From: Spirochaetaceae bacterium
GTDB lineage: Bacteria; Spirochaetota; Spirochaetia; B11-G9
DNA: 35,865 bases
Assembly (NCBI GenBank): GCA_030638735.1
Contig: DAOWEB010000035.1
Span: 1 to 35,865, forward strand
Direction of reading: 5' to 3'
The translations under genes and the position numbers were made by a program. The notes below the pieces were generated by a model. It made no database searches and was not told the DNA's origin. It saw only the letters and a list, made by a program, of their open reading frames with translations. Of the stretch, positions 9,297-16,777 are shown one piece after another; position 1 is the first letter of the stretch; each line of letters starts with the position of its first letter.

Positions 9297-9755
9297 ATGT
9301 CAGATGTACAGGAAGAAAAAGGATTACATATTTTTGATGATGATGAAAATGTGGAACCATTAACAGAAACCGAAGAAAATAAGCTTAAAAACATTCAGGA
9401 AGAAAGAGCAATTAAAAAACTTACTGATCTTCGGGCAAGAGTTTTATCTGTAAAGGCAGCAATTGAAGAGGAAAATTTTATCGAAATCTTCATTAAACCA
9501 ATCCGGGGAAATATTGCAGAAATCAAAGAAGCCCTAGAAAATGTAGATAAGCCCCGTGATCTTGCTATGATGCAAGGCCGATTAATTGCATATCGTAAAA
9601 TGTTAAACTTTCCAGAGACTGCCTGCCAACAACTTGAAACCGAAGTTTCAGAAATTAAAAGAGATATGCCCCTCTTTTATATGCATAATGAAACTTTCCA
9701 GGATTGCCAGAAAATACGGTTTGATAAAGATCAGTATAAAATTATTACTGAATAA
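9297..9755 (+). CDS. Hypothetical helical protein
   Basis: AAGGAG RBS, 152 aa, coiled-coil with a MQGRLIAYRKML motif. Confidence 0.7.
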   Translation: MSDVQEEKGLHIFDDDENVEPLTETEENKLKNIQEERAIKKLTDLRARVLSVKAAIEEENFIEIFIKPIRGNIAEIKEALENVDKPRDLAMMQGRLIAYRKMLNFPETACQQLETEVSEIKRDMPLFYMHNETFQDCQKIRFDKDQYKIITE

Positions 9756-9762
9756 TTATTTT

Positions 9763-9793
9763 AGCCCTTATCTTAAAAAATAGGGGCTTTTTT
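9763..9793 (+). terminator. Rho-independent terminator
   Basis: AGCCCTTAT-loop-ATAGGGGCT followed by a T run. Confidence 0.75.
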
Positions 9794-9795
9794 AG

Positions 9796-9833
9796 TTGAC
9801 ATATGTATAGATATAATATACAGTAATAGACAA
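9796..9833 (+). promoter_or_regulatory. Operator-containing promoter, copy 1
   Basis: TTGACA-17-TACAGT-AATAGACAA, containing TGTATA-N17-TAGACA. Confidence 0.75.
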
Positions 9834-9855
9834 ATAAAGAGTAAAGAAGGGAATT

Positions 9856-10632
9856 ATGAAGGCGTATAAAGTATTTAATCCAGATTGGACATGTAGAAGT
9901 TTTCATTACAAAGTAGGTGAAACTTATTCTATAAAAGAAGATCCTCAGTTATGTAGTTTGGGGTTTCATGCCTGTAAAAAAGCTGTAGATTGTTTTGATT
10001 ATTATAAATTTGATCCTAAAAATAAAGTTGCTGAGGTTGAATTATTAGGCAAAATTGAGGGTCTTGACGATGATAAACAGGTAACCAATAAAATCAAAAT
10101 AATTAGAGAAATTCCATGGGGTGAATTATTGGAATTAGTAAACAGCGGCAAAGATAATACTGGTAAAAAGAACAGCGGAGACCGGAACAGCGGATACCTG
10201 AACAGCGGATACCGGAACAGCGGAGACCGGAACAGCGGAGACCGGAACAGCGGAGACCGGAACAGCGGAGACCTGAACAGCGGATACCTGAACAGCGGAG
10301 ACCTGAACAGCGGATACCGGAACAGCGGATACCTGAATTCAAAATCACCAGCCAAAAGTTATGCTTTTAATAAACTTTTGGAAGAATCAGAATTACAAAA
10401 AATATTACATTCAAGAGGATTTAATATTTTAATGAGATTCAGACTTGTTAAATATAGAGTCAGAACTAAAACTGGTAAGTTTGGGGATTATAGGTATATC
10501 TCTTATAAAAAATCATGGAAATATTTATGGTCTACTCTTTTAATTCAGGAAAGAATTGCTGTATCAGAAATTCCTCATTTTGATAAAAATGTATTTTTTG
10601 AAATAACAGGAATAAAAGTTATTGTAAAATGA
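9856..10632 (+). CDS. DUF7666-like protein with NSGxx pentapeptide repeats
   Basis: N-terminal MKAYKVFNPDWTCR...YKVGETY...LCSLGFHAC domain, NSG(D/Y)(R/L) repeats, and C-terminal FDKNVFFEITGI typical of this phage family. Confidence 0.85.
   Translation: MKAYKVFNPDWTCRSFHYKVGETYSIKEDPQLCSLGFHACKKAVDCFDYYKFDPKNKVAEVELLGKIEGLDDDKQVTNKIKIIREIPWGELLELVNSGKDNTGKKNSGDRNSGYLNSGYRNSGDRNSGDRNSGDRNSGDLNSGYLNSGDLNSGYRNSGYLNSKSPAKSYAFNKLLEESELQKILHSRGFNILMRFRLVKYRVRTKTGKFGDYRYISYKKSWKYLWSTLLIQERIAVSEIPHFDKNVFFEITGIKVIVK
10171..10335 (+). repeat. 11 x 15-bp tandem repeat AACAGCGGA(G/T)ACC(G/T)G
   Basis: Read directly. Units encode DR, YL, YR, DR, DR, DR, DL, YL, DL, YR, YL after NSG. Confidence 0.95.
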
Positions 10633-10856
10633 TAACATATCTTCACAGTAAAATTTTAGATATGGATTTAAAGCTTGACAATGAGACAGGTATTACCACT
10701 GTAAAAGACCTGAAACGCTATGGACAAAAGGGTTATGTTAAGTATTCTTCTGAAGAAGTAAATATTTTAAATGAGCTGGGAGGCATAACCCCGGATATCC
10801 ATCTTGTAAAAAATGTCTTTAATGGGGAAATTGTAAGGGAGGTTAAAGGAGAATGA
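10629..10856 (+). CDS. Hypothetical protein
   Basis: ATGA-coupled to neighbours; ends IHLVKNVFNGEIV. Confidence 0.7.
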   Translation: MITYLHSKILDMDLKLDNETGITTVKDLKRYGQKGYVKYSSEEVNILNELGGITPDIHLVKNVFNGEIVREVKGE

Positions 10857-11041
10857 TTTTTTTATCTGAGTTAGAAATCGAAACTAAAATACCTGAACAT
10901 ATAATATTTAATCATTTTAATAAAAATAATATTCATGTTGGGTCTTGGTATTGTGGTAAAAAGTTTTTAGGTTTTGGGGTTTCTAACAAAGTGGGTAGTA
11001 ATTATTTGAAAGAAACCAGGGAGGCAACAAATGGCAATTAA
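10853..11041 (+). CDS. Hypothetical protein
   Basis: ATGA overlap with the upstream gene and an AAGGAG RBS. Confidence 0.6.
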   Translation: MIFLSELEIETKIPEHIIFNHFNKNNIHVGSWYCGKKFLGFGVSNKVGSNYLKETREATNGN

Positions 11042-11195
11042 AACAGTATTAGATTGTGATAATAAAGGGTGTAAAAATACTCTTGAATTATCGGGACCTT
11101 ATCATATTGCAAAAAAACAAATGAAAGAGGCTGGCTGGAAGAATAAAAAAGTTAATGAAGAATGGCAGATTATCTGTAAGGAGTGTAACAAATGA
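11031..11195 (+). CDS. Small zinc-finger protein (54 aa)
   Basis: My translation: MAIKTVLDCDNKGCKNTLELSGPYHIAKKQMKEAGWKNKKVNEEWQIICKECNK, with CxxxxC...GW...CxxC and a GGAGG RBS. Confidence 0.75.
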   Translation: MAIKTVLDCDNKGCKNTLELSGPYHIAKKQMKEAGWKNKKVNEEWQIICKECNK

Positions 11196-11305
11196 AATTT
11201 AAATTACTATGGAGAATAGGCACAGCATTAAAAGACTGGGCAGAAAAAAACAGTCACCCTATATTTAAAGGGATAGGCTACAGAATAAGAGGACACCGGG
11301 CATAA
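11192..11305 (+). CDS. Small basic hypothetical protein (37 aa)
   Basis: MKFKLLWRIGTALKDWAEKNSHPIFKGIGYRIRGHRA, with ATGA and TAATG overlaps on either side and an AAGGAG RBS. Confidence 0.55.
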   Translation: MKFKLLWRIGTALKDWAEKNSHPIFKGIGYRIRGHRA

Positions 11306-11679
11306 TGGCATCTAAACATGAAGTAATTGTCCGGAATGTAATAACCTCTTTCTCAGTAGAACGCCGGGGCAGGCTGTACACCATGCAGCAGGGTCTCGCT
11401 ACACCGTGGGGTGAAAGTACTCCAAAATGGTACGGACCATACCCAGGTAAAAGAACAAAGGGTTTTCCTGATATCTTCGGTTTTGAATTTGATAACAGAT
11501 ATGTAAAACCAATTCCGGTTTATTGTGCTATCGAAGTAAAAACAATTGCACATTCCAGATTGTCACCACAGCAAAAGAATTATCTTAATTATTGCAAGAG
11601 CATAGGCGGGCGGGCATATGTAGCTATGGAGGATTCAAGTCCAGAAGGATATAGCCTGACTGAATGGGTCCCAGTGTGA
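11305..11679 (+). CDS. VRR-NUC domain nuclease (probable resolvase)
   Basis: GFPDIFG...AIEVKT...RLSPQQKNYL...GGRAYVA, a PD-(D/E)xK VRR-NUC pattern. Confidence 0.88.
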   Translation: MASKHEVIVRNVITSFSVERRGRLYTMQQGLATPWGESTPKWYGPYPGKRTKGFPDIFGFEFDNRYVKPIPVYCAIEVKTIAHSRLSPQQKNYLNYCKSIGGRAYVAMEDSSPEGYSLTEWVPV

Positions 11680-11694
11680 AATATTTATTTTACT

Positions 11695-11728
11695 TGACAT
11701 GGTGCTTATCATCATGTAGTATAATAGT
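11695..11728 (+). promoter_or_regulatory. Promoter giving a probable leaderless mRNA for the endonuclease
   Basis: TTGACA-17-TAGTAT-6 nt-ATG (11729), with no Shine-Dalgarno. Confidence 0.6.
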
Positions 11729-12334
11729 ATGAAAAATAAAATAAATGATACAGTAAATTGTACAGTATGCGAAAAACCTGCAATATTAGACAAATATTAT
11801 AAGGTTTCTAAATACAATAATCATGGCCGGGCTTATTGTTCTTCTGAATGCTCAAAAGAATATTGCCGAAAAGTTTCTTCTGAAACAATGGCAAAGACAA
11901 ATAGAAAATATGCTTCAGAAAGAATGATAAAAAATAATCCTATGAAGAATCCAGAAACCAGAGAAAAGGTAAGCACTAAATTAAGAGCTATGGGACATAA
12001 ACCAAAGATTCAAGGCGGTAATGGCAGAGGTCATACAATATATCAACTTGCTCTTTCTATGGCTTTAGGTTGGCCTATGGAGGTAGTAGCTCTTACAGGA
12101 GAACCAAAAGGAAATGGTATTCCAACAGCTTATAAAATAGACATAGGCAATCCGATTTTAAAAATTGCAATAGAGGTTGATGGTAATTCTCATACCGCTT
12201 TAATAAGACAAGCTCAAGATAAACGAAAAGATAATGTTTTAAAAAATTTAGGATGGAAAGTTCTAAGATTCAAAAATAGAGAAGTAGAAAATGATTTACA
12301 TGGATGTGTAAAAAAGGTTCTGGATCTTATATGA
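11729..12334 (+). CDS. DUF559/Vsr-like (EDxHD-type) endonuclease, homing-endonuclease-like
   Basis: CTVC...YCSSEC zinc motif, NUMOD-like NPMKNPETREKVS, and YKIDIG...IAIEVDGNSH...QDKRKDNVLKNLGWKVLRFKN. Confidence 0.85.
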   Translation: MKNKINDTVNCTVCEKPAILDKYYKVSKYNNHGRAYCSSECSKEYCRKVSSETMAKTNRKYASERMIKNNPMKNPETREKVSTKLRAMGHKPKIQGGNGRGHTIYQLALSMALGWPMEVVALTGEPKGNGIPTAYKIDIGNPILKIAIEVDGNSHTALIRQAQDKRKDNVLKNLGWKVLRFKNREVENDLHGCVKKVLDLI

Positions 12335-13788
12335 AACTCAGGGACTATCAAGAAGATATAGTAAGAGAAGTTGTTAAGGCATACAAGCAGGGATACAAGG
12401 CTCCATTAGTTGTTGCTCCCACTGGTTCAGGCAAAACAATAATATTTGCTTTTATCGCTACCGGTGCAATCAAAAAAGGTAAAAGAGTTTTAATCCTTAC
12501 TCACCGTCGGGAAATTCTTCAACAAACAATGTCTAAACTGTTTGATTTTGGAGTACAGGCGGGACAGATTGCCTCCGGGCGTCCTATGACAGATGAACTA
12601 ATACAGGTCGCCATGGTTGGAACTATTGTAAGGCGGCTTGACTCTATCATACCCCCGGATTTAATAATAGTGGATGAAAGTCATCATAGTATCTCAAATA
12701 CTTGGAGTAAAACAATAAACCATTTCCCCAATGCTTTAAGACTAGGACTGACCGCAACTCCTGAAAGGCTTGACGGTTCCGGGCTTATTGAAATTTTTGA
12801 TACCATGATTATGGGTCCTCATCTAGTTGATTTGGTAAAATCCGGAAATCTTTCATATCCTAAAATATATTCAGCACCTGCCGAACTATTACCAAAAAAA
12901 GTAAAAATTACCCGTGGTGATTATGACTCCAAAGAGGCAACCAAAGCAATGAAAAAACGGGTTGTTGTTGGGTCAGTTATCCAGCATTATAAACAATATC
13001 TGAACGGATTACCTACAGTCTGCTTTTGCGTATCCATCGAACATTGCCAAATAATGGAGGATGAATTTAAAGCTGCTGGATTCAGATCACAAACTATTCA
13101 CGGTAAAATGAACCGGGCAGACCGTGAAGCAAGTATAAAAGGACTTGAGACCGGAGAAGTCCAGGTACTCTGCAGCTGTGACGTAATATCTGAAGGAGTG
13201 GACGTTCCTGTAATTGCGGGCGCTATACTGCTCCGAAGGACTAAAAGCCTCGGATTATACCTCCAGCAGATAGGGAGGGCATTAAGGCCATACCCTGGTA
13301 AGACACAGGCTATAATTCTGGATCACAGCGGGGTAGTTCAGGACCATGGCCATGTACTTAATATCAGAGACTGGTCGCTTATGGCAAAGAAACGGAATAA
13401 ACGGGATAAAGACGATATGAAACCGCCGGAAGTCTCAGTCTGTCCGAAGTGTTCAGGCGTCTGGCCTGGCCTTCCTAAACTATGCCCCGATTGCGGATAT
13501 AACTTGCAGGAAGATAGAGACCGGGCAGAAGGTAGAAAACCGCCTAAAGAGATAGAAGGGATTTTGCGGGAAGTACTCCCAGAAGATACTCCAGACGGTC
13601 AAATGCAGGCTTTAATTGATCAGGCTTTGAAAATTCAGCAAATGACACCTGGAGATCGTCAAAAAGCTATGATGAGTAATTTATATAAATATGGTAAGAC
13701 TGATAGGAATAAAGGACTGGCAACGGCTCTGGGATATCATAAGAACTGGACAGAGACTGTATATCATCGATTGAGGGGGAGAGGATAA
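12331..13788 (+). CDS. SF2 DEAD/DEAH-box helicase (RadD/YejH-like) with C-terminal zinc finger
   Basis: LRDYQ, APTGSGKT, DESHH, TATP, EGVDVP, QQIGRALR and CPKC...CPDCG. The start at 12331 overlaps the upstream stop (ATGA). Confidence 0.95.
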   Translation: MKLRDYQEDIVREVVKAYKQGYKAPLVVAPTGSGKTIIFAFIATGAIKKGKRVLILTHRREILQQTMSKLFDFGVQAGQIASGRPMTDELIQVAMVGTIVRRLDSIIPPDLIIVDESHHSISNTWSKTINHFPNALRLGLTATPERLDGSGLIEIFDTMIMGPHLVDLVKSGNLSYPKIYSAPAELLPKKVKITRGDYDSKEATKAMKKRVVVGSVIQHYKQYLNGLPTVCFCVSIEHCQIMEDEFKAAGFRSQTIHGKMNRADREASIKGLETGEVQVLCSCDVISEGVDVPVIAGAILLRRTKSLGLYLQQIGRALRPYPGKTQAIILDHSGVVQDHGHVLNIRDWSLMAKKRNKRDKDDMKPPEVSVCPKCSGVWPGLPKLCPDCGYNLQEDRDRAEGRKPPKEIEGILREVLPEDTPDGQMQALIDQALKIQQMTPGDRQKAMMSNLYKYGKTDRNKGLATALGYHKNWTETVYHRLRGRG

Positions 13789-14040
13789 ATGGCATATTTT
13801 GCGAATGGATCAGAAGGGGAATGTTTTGAGGCTCAATGTGAAGAATGTAGATATGGTGAAAAACCGTGTCCTATTGCAGGTATCCAATTAAATTATAATT
13901 ATGATGCTTGTAATAATGAAGTAGCAACAAAAATCTTAAATGATCTTGTAAAAAATGATGGAACATGTGAAATGTTTAAATTGTGTAAAAAAGATTTTCA
14001 ACTTACTGAAGGTGAAAAATCTCAGATATCATTATTTTAA
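13789..14040 (+). CDS. Small Cys-rich protein ending in clamp-binding-like QISLF
   Basis: MAYFANGSEGECFEAQCEEC...CPI; the C-terminus is QISLF. Confidence 0.75.
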   Translation: MAYFANGSEGECFEAQCEECRYGEKPCPIAGIQLNYNYDACNNEVATKILNDLVKNDGTCEMFKLCKKDFQLTEGEKSQISLF

Positions 14041-14041
14041 T

Positions 14042-14215
14042 ATGAATCTTATCTATGATATCCGACTTGATACAGTTCTTTGTCCATGTTGTAATGGACC
14101 GGCACACTGGACTAAAAAAGGCTTACAATGTGAATGGGATAAATGCAAATATTTTTATACTATATTTCCAGTAAAAAAAAGCGTTAATATATTTCAATTG
14201 GAATTAGATTTTTAA
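14042..14215 (+). CDS. Small zinc-finger protein ending in QLELDF (probable start 14042)
   Basis: CPCC...CEWDKC; the ATG lies 1 nt after the upstream stop. Confidence 0.6.
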   Translation: MNLIYDIRLDTVLCPCCNGPAHWTKKGLQCEWDKCKYFYTIFPVKKSVNIFQLELDF

Positions 14216-14217
14216 TA

Positions 14218-14290
14218 TTGCGGGAACGGGACTCGAACCCGTGACATCATGGTTATGAGCCATGTGTTCTGCCAACTGAACTACCCCACA
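14218..14290 (-). tRNA. tRNA with CAT anticodon (probably elongator tRNA-Met); CCA not encoded
   Basis: Full cloverleaf: TGTGGGG TA GTTC AGTTGGCA GAAC A CATGG CT CAT AA CCATG ATGTC ACGGG TTCGAGT CCCGT TCCCGCA A. Confidence 0.92.
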
Positions 14291-14295
14291 AAAGT

Positions 14296-14324
14296 AATAT
14301 ACCATAAAAAACCCGGCTGATCAA
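14296..14324 (-). promoter_or_regulatory. tRNA promoter
   Basis: TTGATC-17-TATATT with an extended TG, only 5 nt before tRNA position 1. Confidence 0.6.
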
Positions 14325-14333
14325 ACCGGGTTT
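14305..14333 (-). terminator. Rho-independent terminator (possibly bidirectional)
   Basis: On the minus strand, AAACCCGG-loop-CCGGGTTT followed by further Ts. Confidence 0.7.
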
Positions 14334-14344
14334 CACGTGAAACA
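14329..14344. other. parS-like centromere site (GGTTTCACGTGAAACA)
   Basis: 15/16 match to the bacterial parS consensus TGTTTCACGTGAAACA, with a perfect 14-bp palindrome, in an intergenic position. Confidence 0.8.
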
Positions 14345-14356
14345 AATTTCTTATTA

Positions 14357-14722
14357 CTAAATAATTAAAGTTAACTGTTGATAGTGACTTGCAAAATGCA
14401 AGTATCCTCCCCTCAGTTCGCTGATTATTGTTAATTGTGCAAAATACTTTATATTGTAAGATTTTACTATAGTTTCCATCTCAAGGCCGATGTCTGCCGA
14501 TGCACTAACCGCTTTATTATCAATAACTACCTGTTCACTAAGGTCAACCGAAAGAACGGCTACACCTCCAAAATCCGGCGCCGAAACAGCCTGAATTTCT
14601 ACCATAGTCAAATTAGGAATATTTTCTAGTGAGATAAAAAACCCTTCCAGGCTTTCTGCTGTTACCATTGTCGAAAATGACAAAGCCAATACCAACAGCG
14701 TAATTAATACATATTTCTTCAT
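14357..14722 (-). CDS. Exported protein with signal peptide (121 aa), moron-like
   Basis: GGAGG RBS before ATG 14722 and signal peptide MKKYVLITLLVLALSFSTMVTA-ES. It has its own extended -10 and flanking terminators. Confidence 0.7.
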   Translation of the reverse strand: MKKYVLITLLVLALSFSTMVTAESLEGFFISLENIPNLTMVEIQAVSAPDFGGVAVLSVDLSEQVVIDNKAVSASADIGLEMETIVKSYNIKYFAQLTIISELRGGYLHFASHYQQLTLII

Positions 14723-14754
14723 GTCTGAATCCTCCTGTAAAATATCAATAAATA

Positions 14755-14790
14755 AGTATAGCATAAAAAACCCCTTATTAAAAGGGGCTG
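14755..14790 (-). terminator. Terminator of the accessory cluster, immediately followed by an extended -10 (TGcTATACT)
   Basis: Minus strand reads CCCCTT-TTAAT-AAGGGG-TTTTTT-aTGcTATACT. Confidence 0.65.
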
Positions 14791-14799
14791 TAATTTTAA

Positions 14800-14973
14800 T
14801 TATCCTTTCCTCCATTCAAACCAAGCTGACACCATCCAGATTACAGTTACAGGCCAGATTAAAGCACCAAGACAAACCATTGCCAGATATCCATAAGTAT
14901 TATCCTTAAATTCTTCCCGGAAACATACAGCCAGGTAAATAGAGACAATTACCATTGGTATTGTGTAGATCAT
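14800..14973 (-). CDS. Small membrane protein (57 aa, two hydrophobic segments)
   Basis: My translation: MIYTIPMVIVSIYLAVCFREEFKDNTYGYLAMVCLGALIWPVTVIWMVSAWFEWRKG, with an AAGGAG RBS and ATGA overlap. Confidence 0.7.
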   Translation of the reverse strand: MIYTIPMVIVSIYLAVCFREEFKDNTYGYLAMVCLGALIWPVTVIWMVSAWFEWRKG

Positions 14974-15227
14974 TTGTTACTCCTTAAATTATCCACCATC
15001 ATTAGATTAAGATTAATTAGGTCGAAATTCTCTGTTTCGATATTTTCATTTTCATAAATAGCCAAATCAAGTTCTGCATTTTCCACAGCGATCATTTTTT
15101 GAAGTCCCTCAAGACATTCACTTGACCAATGAACTTTACCTATATTCTTAGGACTATCCATCTTATCAATAGAATCATCCAGGATTTTATGAAATCGCTT
15201 TCTTTCTGCTTCAGTTATTCTGCTCAT
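14970..15227 (-). CDS. MazG-like all-alpha NTP-pyrophosphohydrolase-type protein (degenerate)
   Basis: K..N..K..W...L...I..E..EL...I..E..D..N..MM..D pattern. Confidence 0.45.
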   Translation of the reverse strand: MSRITEAERKRFHKILDDSIDKMDSPKNIGKVHWSSECLEGLQKMIAVENAELDLAIYENENIETENFDLINLNLMMVDNLRSNK

Positions 15228-15496
15228 AGATTATCCTTTATTTCTTCCCAGGGTTTATTGTAGGCTTTTTCTATTATTTCAATTCTATGTATATGCTTTG
15301 CAACTATATCATCCATTAAAGTTACATTGATAGATTCTAATATTTTAGCCTGTTCGGAAATTACTTCGTATAAAGCCTCAACAGCCTCTTTGTACTTCTC
15401 TTCTAGTTCTCTTACTAGTTCAGGATCATATATTTTAAATCCTACTGCATGGACTCCATCAGTTGTTATTATTTGTTTTATAGGTTTTATATTCAT
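15224..15496 (-). CDS. Hypothetical protein
   Basis: GGAGG RBS and ATGA coupling; ends IEIIEKAYNKPWEEI. Confidence 0.7.
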   Translation of the reverse strand: MNIKPIKQIITTDGVHAVGFKIYDPELVRELEEKYKEAVEALYEVISEQAKILESINVTLMDDIVAKHIHRIEIIEKAYNKPWEEIKDNL

Positions 15497-15516
15497 TTAA
15501 CCCTCCAGTAAAACGT

Positions 15517-15633
15517 CTAGAACAAAAACTGTATAGTTAATGTTTCCATGTTCGGGATAATATCATTCCATTTTTGGTAATATATTCCTAAACCAAAACA
15601 TAACCATGAAAAGCTTATACTAGGTATATTCAT
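15517..15633 (-). CDS. Small hydrophobic ORF (38 aa), possibly truncated by an internal TAG
   Basis: MNIPSISFSWLCFGLGIYYQKWNDIIPNMETLTIQFLF with a GAGGGGAG RBS. Confidence 0.4.
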   Translation of the reverse strand: MNIPSISFSWLCFGLGIYYQKWNDIIPNMETLTIQFLF

Positions 15634-15652
15634 TCTTTACTCCCCTCTTTTG

Positions 15653-16018
15653 TTATGCCTTTGACTCGTGAATGTTGCCAACAATTTCAATAGCATGATT
15701 TATTGTGTGGCATTTTAGATAATCCCTGAACCCGTTATGGCTTTCAATGTCAAAACAACCATCATTAAAACAAACAATACATAACATTGTACCACCGTAA
15801 ACATCAGTCATTATGACTTTATCACCCTCATAAATCTCTTTACCGTTCTTGTCTTTCAGTCCGGTAAAAAACTCTACAATATGGCTATCTTTATTAAGAG
15901 GGACATAATAGCCATTACTCATCTGATGTACTAAAACACCATCTTGAGCCACAAAACAAAGATCCTTTTCCCATTCGTTATTATCATTACACCAAACTCG
16001 AAACTTATTACTTTTCAT
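15653..16018 (-). CDS. YopX family protein
   Basis: KFRVW...FTGLKDKNGKEIYEGD...IEIVGNIHE. Confidence 0.9.
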   Translation of the reverse strand: MKSNKFRVWCNDNNEWEKDLCFVAQDGVLVHQMSNGYYVPLNKDSHIVEFFTGLKDKNGKEIYEGDKVIMTDVYGGTMLCIVCFNDGCFDIESHNGFRDYLKCHTINHAIEIVGNIHESKA

Positions 16019-16041
16019 ATTACTCTCCCTTATTCCGTTCT

Positions 16042-16197
16042 TTAATCATTGCATCGGCATATCTGTATTTTGCCTGTTCCTTCGCAAATAGAACAATCTA
16101 TATATTCACCATATCTAAATATTTGACCAAGATGTATCTGTTTCTCGATATCATCTTTATATTCATCACGACATTGACAATCTATCTCTCTAGGCAT
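16042..16197 (-). CDS. Small Cys-rich protein with CxxCxGxG motif (51 aa)
   Basis: My translation: MPREIDCQCRDEYKDDIEKQIHLGQIFRYGEYIDCSICEGTGKIQICRCND. Confidence 0.55.
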   Translation of the reverse strand: MPREIDCQCRDEYKDDIEKQIHLGQIFRYGEYIDCSICEGTGKIQICRCND

Positions 16198-16468
16198 CTA
16201 TTCTCACCTTTAATAATTTTGTAAAAGAGTTATTAAAATCAATAATTGCTTTATAAATAGTATCACCAAAGCCACAAATACCATCTTGTAAATTATCACC
16301 ATACAATACACAGTATTTATTTCCATCTATCGATACTTTAGGTTTAAGCATACTAAATAAAGTATACTCTTCTTTTAAAACTTCAACACCTATTCGTACT
16401 TGATGCTCTAACACTTCATGATGTTGCCTTTGACTTGATTCTACCTGCATAAAATCTTCTTTAGTCAT
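16190..16468 (-). CDS. Hypothetical protein, HicB-N-like fold
   Basis: DGNKYCVLYGDNLQDGICGFGDTIYKAI motif, common in phage early genes. Confidence 0.6.
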   Translation of the reverse strand: MTKEDFMQVESSQRQHHEVLEHQVRIGVEVLKEEYTLFSMLKPKVSIDGNKYCVLYGDNLQDGICGFGDTIYKAIIDFNNSFTKLLKVRIDA

Positions 16469-16777
16469 TTATTCACTCTCCTTAATAATATCTAATAACG
16501 CCCAAACGTCAACATCTCCTAATACATCTATGGCAATCCCTTTTTTATTAACCTTTAGATTATTGCATATATTTTGTATAACCTGTTTTAACATTTTTAT
16601 TTCTTCTTTTTGTTCAGTATACTCAGATTCTTCTGCAATCATTTCCAATACAACATTATAAACCTCAATCATTGCATTATTTAATTTATCTACATCATCT
16701 ATATCAAAATTATGTAGATTTAGCTCTGGTGCATCTTCTAAAATTTTCTCAAGGTTTTTTAATCTTTGTATTTTCAT
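16469..16777 (-). CDS. Hypothetical protein
   Basis: Abuts its neighbours; GGAGG RBS. Confidence 0.7.
   Translation of the reverse strand: MKIQRLKNLEKILEDAPELNLHNFDIDDVDKLNNAMIEVYNVVLEMIAEESEYTEQKEEIKMLKQVIQNICNNLKVNKKGIAIDVLGDVDVWALLDIIKESE

Noticed and set aside
10171-10335. CRISPR array or diversity-generating retroelement repeat
   Set aside because: The units are contiguous with no spacers and lie in frame within a CDS. Variation is G/T rather than adenine-specific, and no reverse transcriptase or cas gene is present.
10002-10355. Antisense ORFs (RSPLF and CSGLR repeats)
   Set aside because: These are shadow frames kept open by the stop-free 15-bp repeat, with no RBS or operon context.
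15493-15633. Amber stop-codon reassignment (reading through TAG at 15517-15519 would end in an ATGA overlap)
   Set aside because: This is a single case. TAG is a normal stop for other genes (ends at 9248, 16190, 16778, 29946) and code 11 gives full coding density. A point nonsense mutation or chance is more likely.
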